In this document: positions 18,141 to 27,827 of the stretch, piece by piece
Numbering within the stretch: position 1 is the first letter of the stretch
Layout: every line of letters starts with the position of its first letter
Assembly: GCA_002922725.1 (NCBI GenBank)
Contig: PNEW01000004.1
Location: forward strand, 1 to 51,090
Source of the DNA: Verrucomicrobia bacterium Opi.OSU.00C
GTDB taxonomy: Bacteria > Verrucomicrobiota > Verrucomicrobiia > Opitutales > PNEW01
Reading direction: 5' to 3'
Length of the DNA: 51,090 bases
Position numbers and translations under genes: made by a program
Notes under the pieces: model-generated
What the model saw: the letters and a program-made list of their open reading frames with translations, nothing else
Databases searched by the model: none
Told to the model about the DNA's origin: nothing

Positions 18141-19430
18141 TTATTTTATATTAAGTGGCATTTTTAATCTCATAACCACATTCTCGAAACTAGTACCTCG
18201 CTGATTATAATTATCATACATGTCCAGACTCGAAAATCCAGGACTGAGCAGGATAATATCGTTTGCTTCAGCTTTATAGAATGCAGAAAATACTGCGTCT
18301 TGCATCGTTTTACATTTATCTACGGGCGTGTTTTTCTCATTAAAACCGGCTGCTATTTCCTCTGCGGTTTCACCAATAAGGTAAGCTGATTTAACTTTAC
18401 CCGCTACTTTTCGGGCAAAATTTTTAATATCGCCACCTTTAGATAGACCACCTCCAATCCAAATGACTGGCTTATCAAATTGTTTAAGCGCAGCATAAGT
18501 CGCAGCAAAATTAGTCGCTTTAGAGTCATTCCAAAAATTAACATCATTGATCACTGCAATTTTTTTGAGACGATGTCTCCGTGAAGGAAAACGGACCACT
18601 GCATCTTTTAAAATAGTTTTGGAATACCCCTCACGTTGCCAGTAACTCAAAGCCAGTTGAAGATTATTACGTTGTGGGTGTGTGGCAAAAGCCGAATCAT
18701 ATGGTAATCTCCAAGCTAGCCTTCCAGATTCAGCGACAATTTCAACAAATTGGGGCATCTGATAATCAAATTTCTCTGCTGCCTTAGCTACCGATTCACC
18801 TGCTACAAAAGATGAATTACGTAAAGATTTCACCAAATTCCATTTAGCAGAAAAATAATTTTGGCAGTTCTCATAGCGATCAAGATGATCTTCTGTAAAA
18901 TTTGTCCATATTAACACGTCTGATTTAAAGTAATGAATAGATTCAGCTTGAAATGAACTCACTTCACAAACAGCCACTTTTTGCTCAGTAGCCTTTAGAT
19001 CGTGAAGTCGTGAAAAAGGGAATCCATTATTACCTACGGCAATGGCATCAGTCCCCTGTCTTTTTAAAGTAAAAGATATCAATTCAGTCAAAGTAGTCTT
19101 ACCATTAGTCCCGGTAATGGCAACTACTTGGCCCTTCCAGAAAAGAGATGCAAAATCAATTTCACCTAAACAAAGGCATCCTTCATTGCGAGCGGTTTTT
19201 AGCCAAATATGATCTTGGGAGAATCCTGGACTATAAATAACAAGTGGATGCTCGTGTGCGTCACTTGAATTAAAAGAATGACGGTCATTCTCCCCACCAC
19301 GCTCATCAAAACTGAGAAATGAAATATTATGATGCCTCAGGAGATCCATCACTGCCCGACCACTTACACCACTGCCAAATACAGCAACAGGATAAGCTAC
19401 AAGACTTTTGATTTCGTATGGAATTCCCAT
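18141..19430 (-). CDS. murD: UDP-N-acetylmuramoyl-L-alanine--D-glutamate ligase
   Basis: ITGTNGKTT, EVSSFQ, DHLDRY, NDSKATN, LLSPG..S.D. Confidence 0.95.
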   Translation of the reverse strand: MGIPYEIKSLVAYPVAVFGSGVSGRAVMDLLRHHNISFLSFDERGGENDRHSFNSSDAHEHPLVIYSPGFSQDHIWLKTARNEGCLCLGEIDFASLFWKGQVVAITGTNGKTTLTELISFTLKRQGTDAIAVGNNGFPFSRLHDLKATEQKVAVCEVSSFQAESIHYFKSDVLIWTNFTEDHLDRYENCQNYFSAKWNLVKSLRNSSFVAGESVAKAAEKFDYQMPQFVEIVAESGRLAWRLPYDSAFATHPQRNNLQLALSYWQREGYSKTILKDAVVRFPSRRHRLKKIAVINDVNFWNDSKATNFAATYAALKQFDKPVIWIGGGLSKGGDIKNFARKVAGKVKSAYLIGETAEEIAAGFNEKNTPVDKCKTMQDAVFSAFYKAEANDIILLSPGFSSLDMYDNYNQRGTSFENVVMRLKMPLNIK

Positions 19431-19436
19431 TTCGTT

Positions 19437-20537
19437 TTATCTTAGTTTTAAAGTTATCAAACCACCAATCGCAAAAATTAATGAGAGAATCCAAAAACGA
19501 ACAACAACTTTCGATTCTGCCCATCCCATTAATTCAAAATGGTGATGTATTGGGGCCATTTTCAAAACACGTTTACCTCGCAATTTATAGGAGGCCACCT
19601 GAATAATCACAGAAAGCGCTTCTATAACGAAAATACCACCGACTAAAATGAGTGTGATCGGTTGGTGTACCATGAAAGCAATTACCCCGAGAAGACCACC
19701 GAGTGATAGAGAACCCGTATCTCCCATGAAAACCTCAGCTGGATGCGCGTTATACCAGAGAAATGCCAAACTGGCACCTACCATCGCTGCGCAAATAATG
19801 GCCAACTCTCCTGCACCGTTAATAAAACCTATTAAGAGATAATCTGCAATTATGGCGTGCCCTGTTGAATATGCCATGACAGAATAAACCAAAGCTACAG
19901 TAATACAACAACCTATAGCTAATCCGTCTATCCCATCCGTGAGGTTTATTGCATTACTTGACCCTGAAAGGATTAGGAAAAAAAACATAAATAAAAACCA
20001 GTATGGCATTTTTTGTATCAGCGGTTGCTTAATAAAAGGCACCCAGAGTTCACGCATAAGTTCATGTGTATCTTGATTAAAGATCAATAAACTTAATACA
20101 AAGATAGTTATTAGTGCTTGTGACAACAATTTGTAACCGCTGGCCAATCCTTTACTATTTTTTCTTGATATTTTTAAATAATCATCGATTAAGCCGACTA
20201 GTGTTAGTCCAACATACACCAACAGTGCAGTAATGACATATATATTCGGCTTAGCCCAAAGAAGGGAACTGACTAAAAGAGCAAAAAATACAATCAATCC
20301 GCCCATTGTTGGAGTATTTTCTTTATGTGAATGTAGTTCGGCAAGATTACCAACTTCATCCTCATCACGGATTGATTGTGAAAGTTTGAACCTGCGAAGT
20401 TTTATTAAAATCCAAGGCGCAATTAAAAAACCTAAAAATAGTGATGTAGCTGCCGCTAAAATCCCACGGAAAGTTAAATAATCGAACAAACGAAAAGGTC
20501 CGAATAATTCTTGAAAATATGCAAGATAACTTAACAT
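19437..20537 (-). CDS. mraY: Phospho-N-acetylmuramoyl-pentapeptide transferase
   Basis: TPTMGG, DDY, NAINLTDGIDGL, FMGDTGS, MAPIHHHFE. Confidence 0.97.
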   Translation of the reverse strand: MLSYLAYFQELFGPFRLFDYLTFRGILAAATSLFLGFLIAPWILIKLRRFKLSQSIRDEDEVGNLAELHSHKENTPTMGGLIVFFALLVSSLLWAKPNIYVITALLVYVGLTLVGLIDDYLKISRKNSKGLASGYKLLSQALITIFVLSLLIFNQDTHELMRELWVPFIKQPLIQKMPYWFLFMFFFLILSGSSNAINLTDGIDGLAIGCCITVALVYSVMAYSTGHAIIADYLLIGFINGAGELAIICAAMVGASLAFLWYNAHPAEVFMGDTGSLSLGGLLGVIAFMVHQPITLILVGGIFVIEALSVIIQVASYKLRGKRVLKMAPIHHHFELMGWAESKVVVRFWILSLIFAIGGLITLKLR

Positions 20538-21952
20538 GCTTCCATTTCCCTTATAGATTCCTCCGCTCTTGAGAGGGGAATTAATTTTTCCAACTTATAG
20601 ATACGACTGCCTTTAAGGAATACCGCTCCTTTAAATTCGCTTACGCTATCGCGAATATCTTCTATTGAATCTAATACACTCACATCGCTTGTCTTACCTC
20701 CTGAAAAAAGTATACCATCACGCATTTCACATGCATAATCTCCCAAGATTAAAACTCTATCTTTGGGACGTAATTTCAACAGCTGTCCAACTTCATAATG
20801 AAGATCATGTGCCTTTTCTCCGAGTTCAGCCATACAACCAAGAATATAGAGTCGTCGCAAAGCTGGTTTCATTATAGAATTAAAAGCATAAAGACTATCC
20901 GCCATTGAGGCAGGACTCGCATTATAACAATCAACATAAAAATATTTCTCTTCGCGGTATACAATTTCACCGCGAAGGGAAAGAGGATGCCAACTGGAAA
21001 GTCGATCTTGAATATCCACATCATTCATGCCCAGTCTCCAAGCTATTGCGATCGATAAGCTGGTATTACCAACCATACCTCGACTAAGAGTTGGAAGATC
21101 AAAGTTATGAACTTCACCTGATGAAGCATTTAGTCTAAGTACCGACTTTTCCTCCGGAAATACTGGTTGCTTTACTGACCAATAAAGATACTTATTTTTA
21201 TTTTTTATGAGAGTCTTAGTTCCGTCTTCAGGAAGAAGGATAATAGAAGTAGCTGGAAATTTTTGGAAGTCACTAAATTCGCTGCATTCTTTATTAAAAA
21301 CGACGCAACCGTCCGTACGTGTGTGGTAACCGAGCATAGCTTTTTCATGAGCAATACTTTCAATCGAGCCAAAAGCCTCTAAGTGTGTGTTCGATACCAT
21401 GGTAATAATACTCTCGGTAGGATCGATCATTCGGGAGAGCAATTCAATTTCACCTGGTGCGTTCATTCCGACTTCAATAACCACAAAATCGTGATTTTGT
21501 GGATCAATTTCAAGAAGAGTTAGAGGGACTCCAAGATAGTTATTATAATTTTCGCGATTACGATGGACTTGGGTATCGCCTAAAAGAAGAGCGAGGAGTT
21601 CTTTAGTTGAAGTCTTGCCACAACTGCCAGTTACACCGATAACAGGCCCGTGGAATTCCTGTCGGTGATGAGCGGCCATTGTATGAAGTGCCTCTAGTGG
21701 ATCTTTTACTAGCAGTTGTGGCAGGGGAAAGTTTAACCTTAAACGAGAGACTAATGCGCCACTAGCATTAGCATTTTTAGCTTCAACGAGAAAGTCATGC
21801 CCGTCACGGTTATCAGTTTTTAAAGCAACAAAAAGTTCTCCAGCTTGTAGCGTTCTGGTATCACACGAAAATCCAGATATGGTTAATGGAAATCCTGATT
21901 TCCACTCACCAGAGGTCCACTTCTGTAACTTTTCTGGATCAAAATTAGGCAT
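20531..21952 (-). CDS. murF: UDP-N-acetylmuramoyl-tripeptide--D-Ala-D-Ala ligase
   Basis: DTR, DGHDF, TGSCGKTSTKE, NNYLGVPLT, EVGMN, DCYNASP, KGSR. Confidence 0.95.
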   Translation of the reverse strand: MPNFDPEKLQKWTSGEWKSGFPLTISGFSCDTRTLQAGELFVALKTDNRDGHDFLVEAKNANASGALVSRLRLNFPLPQLLVKDPLEALHTMAAHHRQEFHGPVIGVTGSCGKTSTKELLALLLGDTQVHRNRENYNNYLGVPLTLLEIDPQNHDFVVIEVGMNAPGEIELLSRMIDPTESIITMVSNTHLEAFGSIESIAHEKAMLGYHTRTDGCVVFNKECSEFSDFQKFPATSIILLPEDGTKTLIKNKNKYLYWSVKQPVFPEEKSVLRLNASSGEVHNFDLPTLSRGMVGNTSLSIAIAWRLGMNDVDIQDRLSSWHPLSLRGEIVYREEKYFYVDCYNASPASMADSLYAFNSIMKPALRRLYILGCMAELGEKAHDLHYEVGQLLKLRPKDRVLILGDYACEMRDGILFSGGKTSDVSVLDSIEDIRDSVSEFKGAVFLKGSRIYKLEKLIPLSRAEESIREMEAC

Positions 21953-23540
21953 CCCACTGTCTCTTCTTAATACGTTTAATTTCTAAAAGTTCCTGTGCGA
22001 CTTTACGATCATCAAAAGGCACGACTGTATTTTTTATTACTTGAAAAGCTTCATGTCCTTTTCCTGCAATAAGGACACAATCGCCTGGCTTTGCTGATTC
22101 AATTGCTAAAGCGATAGCTCGTCGTCTATCTTCAATAAACTGAATACGATCGATATCTCTCACTCCACCCTTCATGTCAGTAAAAATTTTGTCCTGTGAT
22201 TCATTTCTTGGATTATCAGCTGTTGCCCAGGTAAAGTCCGCTTGCTCCATAACAGCACGTGTCATCATGGGTCGTTTTTCTCGATCACGGTTACCACCAC
22301 ATCCAAATACTACAAGTAATCTACCCTTGCTAATCATTCGCAGCATGGACAGTGCGTTTTTCAATGCGTCATCCGTATGAGCATAGTCAACGAGTAAGTT
22401 TATATTTTGATCATTTTTAATATATTCCATACGACCTGGAACGCCAGGAAAACTTATTAAATGCTTGATATATATTGAAGGATCACGACCCATTGCATAT
22501 AGGACCGTAAAGGCAGCAAGAGTGTTACTCAAATTATAATGCCCTAGTAATGCAGTTTTAATTATTCCGGATCCACCTGGCCAATGAAGGGTAAATTTAG
22601 AACCTTGGTCATTAAGTTTTATATCTGTTGCGTAAATATCCGCATTATACTTAACCCCGAAACTTAAGACAGACAGGTCCTTCCCTATATCTTTTATTAA
22701 TCGGCGACCATAATGGTCATCGCAATTAACAACAGCTATTGATGGGACGCAACCGATACCACCATTGAATAATTTACACTTTACTTGAAAATATTCCTCC
22801 ATCGAATGATGATAGTCAATATGGTCTCGAGTAAGATTTAAAAATGCAGCGATTTTAAATTTTAATCCACTTACTCGTCCCTGATCGATACCGTGGGTAC
22901 TAACCTCCATCACAGCTTCGCTACATTTAGTATCACGCATTTGTGATAACATTTCATATATACTTACTGCATCAGGTGTCGTTCTATAAGCGGGCAATGT
23001 GCGTTGCCCGAGATAATAATGAACTGTTCCAATCATCCCAACGTTATTACCAGATTTCTCTAAGAGATACTTAAGAAGAAATGCTACTGTTGTTTTGCCA
23101 TTAGTCCCAGTAACTCCGATGAGCTCAATATTACGTTCTGGATTATCGTAAAAACGGCGTGCTACTTCTGCGAGAATATCCTTAATATTCACAACCTGAA
23201 TATAAGTCACTTGTCTTTGGGGCTTACTTTCCTTCTCAGATATTATAGCCGTGGCACCACGGCTTATGGCTTCATCAATGTAAAGATTACCATCAGTTTC
23301 GAGACCGCTAAGCGCAAAAAACAAAGTACCTGGAGTTGTCCTTCGACTATCTGTAGAAATAGCTTGGATAACAATCTCCTTTTTCCCATTGAATTTCTGA
23401 AGAGGCAGATTTTTTAAAAGTGATTTTAATGTGACATTCATCAATGAAATATATGGTCTTTTCTTAATAAGCAAAGATAACCCGATAAGAATTGATAGTT
23501 CTCCCCATAAATTGACTCTTTTTTCAGGGTCAAGGATCAA
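21945..23540 (-). CDS. murE: UDP-N-acetylmuramoyl-L-alanyl-D-glutamate--2,6-diaminopimelate ligase
   Basis: TGTNGKTT, TTP, DHIDYH, PGRME, DYAHT, FGCGG, DNPR (meso-DAP-specific), AGKGHE. An alternative start exists at 23441. Confidence 0.95.
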   Translation of the reverse strand: MILDPEKRVNLWGELSILIGLSLLIKKRPYISLMNVTLKSLLKNLPLQKFNGKKEIVIQAISTDSRRTTPGTLFFALSGLETDGNLYIDEAISRGATAIISEKESKPQRQVTYIQVVNIKDILAEVARRFYDNPERNIELIGVTGTNGKTTVAFLLKYLLEKSGNNVGMIGTVHYYLGQRTLPAYRTTPDAVSIYEMLSQMRDTKCSEAVMEVSTHGIDQGRVSGLKFKIAAFLNLTRDHIDYHHSMEEYFQVKCKLFNGGIGCVPSIAVVNCDDHYGRRLIKDIGKDLSVLSFGVKYNADIYATDIKLNDQGSKFTLHWPGGSGIIKTALLGHYNLSNTLAAFTVLYAMGRDPSIYIKHLISFPGVPGRMEYIKNDQNINLLVDYAHTDDALKNALSMLRMISKGRLLVVFGCGGNRDREKRPMMTRAVMEQADFTWATADNPRNESQDKIFTDMKGGVRDIDRIQFIEDRRRAIALAIESAKPGDCVLIAGKGHEAFQVIKNTVVPFDDRKVAQELLEIKRIKKRQWDA

Positions 23541-25320
23541 TTATTTCTCCTCTCATGGCATAAAATTCACGTCCTTGTGTCACTGGTTGTATATCCAAAT
23601 ACTGAATGAGTCTTTTAGCCACATTTTTGAACACCGGTGCAGCAACATTTCCACCATATACTGGTATTGATGATTGTGGGTCATCGACAATTACAGAAAT
23701 TACAAGACGTGGATTTGACGCTGGGAAAAAACCAACAAATGACGTCACATGGTGTTGACTAGAATAACGACCGTTAATAATTTTTTTAGTAGTTCCTGTT
23801 TTACCTGCAATTTCATAATTAGGAATAGATGCAAGTTGGGCAGTTCCTTCGGGACTTACAGTATTAATTAATAGCTGGGCAACATCTTTTGCCGTTTCAA
23901 CACTCAAAGTCCGATGTCTAGTCCGGGGTCTAAAACTAGCTATCGTAACCCCATTATCATCAAATACCCGGCGCACTAATTGAGGGCTCATCAGAACCCC
24001 TTTATTTGCAATAACCGACATTGCATAATGAATTTGCAATTGTGTTGCACTTACTGCATAACCAATGGGTAAACGACTAATTGTAAGACTATCCCACTCT
24101 CTAACAGGGTGTAAAACTCCTGCTATTTCTCCTTCTAGAGGATAGCCGCTTAACCGGCCAAACCCAAATGCGACACTATAGCTATAAAGACGATTGGGTC
24201 CTAATAACATACCAAGTTGTGCAGCACCTCGATTGCTTGACTTACTGACTACTTCACTAACTGATAGTGAACCAAATTTTTTATGATCACTTGGCAGACT
24301 AATTCGTCTACCCATATACTCGACAGCCGGCTGATTGCAGTCGAAAATAGTTTCAGGAATTACGAGCGAGTCATTAAGTGCTCCACTAACAGGTACGATT
24401 TTAAAAGTAGAACCCGGTTCTACAGCATCTGATACCGCGCGGTTTCGGTGAGTATTAATAGGGTATTTCCAAAACTCATTTAAATCAAAAGTCGGCCAAT
24501 TTGCTAACGCAAGTAGATATCCAGTAGAGGGATCGCTAACGACGATCGCCGCTGACTGTGGCTGAAAGGTTGATGCCAATGAGTTTAACTCGTCTTCAAT
24601 AATGTGTTGAGCTATAAAATCGATCGTCAATTCAATGTTAAGACCGTGAGTTGGGTTGACCTCTCGTTGACGAAATTGTGCCAATTCACGACGAAGTCCA
24701 TCCCGCTCTATCTCACGCCACCCATCTTGTCCTCTCAAATAAAAATCCATGTACCGCTCAACTCCCATTACTGCATTAGCTTCTTTGTTTAAAAAGCCTA
24801 CAAGATGAGCTGCTAATGAATCACCTGGATATAAACGCTCAAACTTACGATTTCCATAGACACCTTTAATTCCCAGCTCAATAACCTTATTATAGTCTGT
24901 CTCATCAATTTTATCAGCTAATTTGGACCAATGATTATTGGTAATTTCCCGTCTAAAATCCCCCATCCTTTCCCGTGTCTTTTTGGCTATCCGAGCTTCC
25001 AACTCTTTAAGTGGTAAACCGATGAGATGAGAAAGATCTGAAAGTTTATTGAAATCTTCTGGTTTAATTACATGAGGATCCACACCTAGCTCAATTATTG
25101 TGTTTGTAGTAGCAAGAAGGTTACCTCTCGTATCGACAACTTTACCCCGACGGGAATGTATAATTTCAATCTTGTTTCGGTTTGTTTTAACAATCTTTGC
25201 CAGCTTTTCCTGATCCCATATATGCAAATAATACAATCGCCCCAGGATTCCACTAAAGCCTAAAGCAATACAAATAGCCAATAAACATAACCGCCAGGTA
25301 GAAATGTAAACATTACTCAT
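23530..25320 (-). CDS. ftsI: Penicillin-binding protein FtsI (class B transpeptidase)
   Basis: N-terminal TM, RG..DTRG, EPGSTFK (SxxK), SSN (SxN), KTGT. Confidence 0.93.
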   Translation of the reverse strand: MSNVYISTWRLCLLAICIALGFSGILGRLYYLHIWDQEKLAKIVKTNRNKIEIIHSRRGKVVDTRGNLLATTNTIIELGVDPHVIKPEDFNKLSDLSHLIGLPLKELEARIAKKTRERMGDFRREITNNHWSKLADKIDETDYNKVIELGIKGVYGNRKFERLYPGDSLAAHLVGFLNKEANAVMGVERYMDFYLRGQDGWREIERDGLRRELAQFRQREVNPTHGLNIELTIDFIAQHIIEDELNSLASTFQPQSAAIVVSDPSTGYLLALANWPTFDLNEFWKYPINTHRNRAVSDAVEPGSTFKIVPVSGALNDSLVIPETIFDCNQPAVEYMGRRISLPSDHKKFGSLSVSEVVSKSSNRGAAQLGMLLGPNRLYSYSVAFGFGRLSGYPLEGEIAGVLHPVREWDSLTISRLPIGYAVSATQLQIHYAMSVIANKGVLMSPQLVRRVFDDNGVTIASFRPRTRHRTLSVETAKDVAQLLINTVSPEGTAQLASIPNYEIAGKTGTTKKIINGRYSSQHHVTSFVGFFPASNPRLVISVIVDDPQSSIPVYGGNVAAPVFKNVAKRLIQYLDIQPVTQGREFYAMRGEIIDP

Positions 25321-25337
25321 TAGCTAACTATAAATAT

Positions 25338-25721
25338 TCAAGGAGTTAGTGAAGCGAACTTACCGGGAACTTTTAGTGTTTCAGATTTTGAGATTGGAGA
25401 GATAACATTGCGCTCATCTATACTAAACCGGATAATTTGATCTTCACTAGGAAGTGTGATGTTTAGCCCCAAGACAGTTGAGTGACGTAAAAGGTTATTG
25501 GGGTTGTGCAGCTCACCAATCCTCGCATCGAGATTTCGAGTATTTCTATCAAGGACACCGAGCTCTTGTTCTAACACTTGTAACCGAGTAGCCGTTATTG
25601 AAATTTGCTGACGGAGATAAACGAGACCAAGTCCACCACTAGCCGATACTATTAGGATCAAAATTATTAAACATACAACTTTATGCAGAGAGTTACTATT
25701 TGTGTCTTGTCGGGGTATCAT
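25338..25721 (-). CDS. ftsL: FtsL-like cell division protein
   Basis: Single TM helix followed by a Leu-heptad coiled coil, between rsmH and ftsI. Start set to the ATG at 25721, next to the rsmH stop. Confidence 0.65.
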   Translation of the reverse strand: MIPRQDTNSNSLHKVVCLIILILIVSASGGLGLVYLRQQISITATRLQVLEQELGVLDRNTRNLDARIGELHNPNNLLRHSTVLGLNITLPSEDQIIRFSIDERNVISPISKSETLKVPGKFASLTP

Positions 25722-25722
25722 T

Positions 25723-26664
25723 TTATATTGGAGTTGGAGAATAATCTTTTTGCAGTGCACGAAGTCGTGCGGAACGACTGCGAATATTATTATTTTTTTC
25801 TTTTTGAGACGGCCGTAGAGGTCGAGTGGTTAATAAAGTTGCCTGGGATGTTCTCAACTGTTTAGGAAGTGAGTCACCTCTATGTTCAGGACGACCAGCC
25901 ATACGATTGAAGTAGCGTTTTACGATACGGTCCTCAAGTGAATGAAAGCTGATGACGATAAGAATACCCCGAGAATTTAATTTCTTAAATGCTTGAGGTA
26001 AAGATACTTTCAGTTTATTTAATTCTTTATTAAGTGCGATACGGATACCTTGAAACGTTTTAGTCGCTGGATGAATCTGAGACTTTCTTCCTCTTCCAAA
26101 ACCTGTATTTATCGCTTTGGATACCATCTCCGCCAGCTCGGTTGTTACTTTTATAGCTCCATTTCCACGAGCCTTAAGGATAGCATCGACAACTTTGCGC
26201 CATTGCTTTTCTTCACCAAAGTCACGCACCGCCTCAATTAGTTCTTCACGTGTAGATATTTTAAGGAATTCTGCCGCAGTAACACTTTTACGTGGATCTA
26301 TACGCATATCCAAAGGTGCTTTACGATGAAAAGAGAATCCACGCGCTGCAGTGTCAAGTTGATAAGAAGACACACCGAGATCAAAGATAATTCCGTCAAA
26401 TTTTTGTTCAGGGATTTCTTCCAAGCGATCGAAGTTCAAGTTGTAACATGTTAATCGATTTTCGTATTCTTTACTCATTTCTACCGCTCGTGAGTATGCT
26501 TCTGGGTCACAGTCCAGAACAGTCACTTTGCTGGATGGGTCCCTTTCTAATAGTGCACGCGTGTGTCCTCCTCCCCCGAAAGTAGCATCCAAATAATGGC
26601 AACCTTCATATAATGAAAACATCTCAATCACTTCACGCAGAAGAACTGGCAAGTGCTGAACCAT
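25723..26664 (-). CDS. rsmH: 16S rRNA m4C1402 methyltransferase RsmH (MraW)
   Basis: HLPVLL.E, DATFGGGGHT, DLGVSSYQ, PLDMR, HPATKTFQ, ISFHSLEDR, RSRSARLR. ORF track extends to 26703. Confidence 0.96.
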   Translation of the reverse strand: MVQHLPVLLREVIEMFSLYEGCHYLDATFGGGGHTRALLERDPSSKVTVLDCDPEAYSRAVEMSKEYENRLTCYNLNFDRLEEIPEQKFDGIIFDLGVSSYQLDTAARGFSFHRKAPLDMRIDPRKSVTAAEFLKISTREELIEAVRDFGEEKQWRKVVDAILKARGNGAIKVTTELAEMVSKAINTGFGRGRKSQIHPATKTFQGIRIALNKELNKLKVSLPQAFKKLNSRGILIVISFHSLEDRIVKRYFNRMAGRPEHRGDSLPKQLRTSQATLLTTRPLRPSQKEKNNNIRSRSARLRALQKDYSPTPI

Positions 26665-26683
26665 TCTTTGGCAACCTATTAAA

Positions 26684-26890
26684 TTAACGGTTAAAAATAG
26701 CATGGAGCCACGCTCTTAACCCATGAGGTTTCAGTATTACTCGTTTACGGCGATCTAATAAGGCTGTCAGGATATTAGGATTTGTTAGGTTGACTGCATG
26801 GTTGAGCCCTCGCAATTTCCAGCTACTAAAATGACGTATCTCCTCATTACCTAGTATTTCACTTGTGAATCTGTTTTTACGTAGTTGCAT
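26684..26890 (-). CDS. Small basic hypothetical protein between mraZ and rsmH
   Basis: 68-aa ATG ORF that fills the mraZ-rsmH gap, co-oriented, 18 bp after the mraZ stop. Confidence 0.55.
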   Translation of the reverse strand: MQLRKNRFTSEILGNEEIRHFSSWKLRGLNHAVNLTNPNILTALLDRRKRVILKPHGLRAWLHAIFNR

Positions 26891-26908
26891 AACTTATTTG
26901 ATTTCAGG

Positions 26909-27358
26909 TTAAATGCCTAAATCCTTCATCGCCGTTTGCAGATCAAATGCCTCTTCATCCTGTTGATCAAATTGTTCAGCGCCCCAAATCGTAAATTTTT
27001 CTACTAGCCCAACGAGCACAACTCCTTTCTTAATTCTCGCAGATTGGACCAGCTTTTCATGGAGCTTTATTCGCCCCTGTGAATCGCATCCAAAATTATG
27101 CGCTTTTCCAAATAGCTTTTGCAAAGTACGTTGTCCGCGAGGATCACTCTCAGGGATCTGTAATAGCTTCTCACGAAATTCTTCAATTTTCCTTGGCGGA
27201 TAGACGACAATATAACCATTGGGGTGAGGCCAAGCGACGTAGACATCTATCTCATCACCTCTAAATCGCCATTTAGACGGTACCGTTACACGGTTTTTTG
27301 CATCAAGATTATGCCTGAACTCCCCCACATATAAAGATTCTGACTTAATTAATACCAT
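26909..27358 (-). CDS. mraZ: Division/cell wall cluster transcriptional repressor MraZ
   Basis: Two AbrB-like repeats (LDAKNRVTVP, CDSQGRIKL). First gene of the dcw cluster. Likely start is the ATG at 27358 (ORF track 27391). Confidence 0.93.
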   Translation of the reverse strand: MVLIKSESLYVGEFRHNLDAKNRVTVPSKWRFRGDEIDVYVAWPHPNGYIVVYPPRKIEEFREKLLQIPESDPRGQRTLQKLFGKAHNFGCDSQGRIKLHEKLVQSARIKKGVVLVGLVEKFTIWGAEQFDQQDEEAFDLQTAMKDLGI

Positions 27359-27373
27359 AATGAATCCACTAAA

Positions 27374-27419
27374 TTCACCATAATTTGACATTACATGACA
27401 TTATACTCCACTATGTCAA
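27374..27419 (-). promoter_or_regulatory. Putative dcw promoter with 10-bp-periodic MraZ-box-like repeats
   Basis: On the minus strand, TTGACA (27419-27414) is followed by TAGTGG, TAATGT, TAATGT and TTATGG at exact 10-nt spacing. TGTAAT lies 18 nt after the -35 element. Confidence 0.55.
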
Positions 27420-27827
27420 CCTCTTTTGGTCATTCATTTAAAAAATTTAACCTTAACTTTTACCATTGTGGGAACAGCCTACGGGAACCATTTAAACATA
27501 TGCATGCTATAATAAATTATTATGTTACAATTAAGCCGTGAGAACGTAGAAGCAGTGCCTAATAACCATCTCGTTGAAATGACAGAATACTTTTGCATAT
27601 AGACGGAGTAACTGATAATATTATACTCATTTCGACAATGGCTACATCACCCGTAAAAATTGGCATAAGACATACAAATTTAGTATTTATACGGGGCAGA
27701 TAATGCGGTGATCGAAATAGGCACCTACAATCAAAGATTAGAAGATTTTTCTAGCCATTACCTAGAGCCAAAAAGCAATTTGAAGATTAATCCGCATCAA
27801 TTTTTATCATGTATTACTTTTTTTAAA

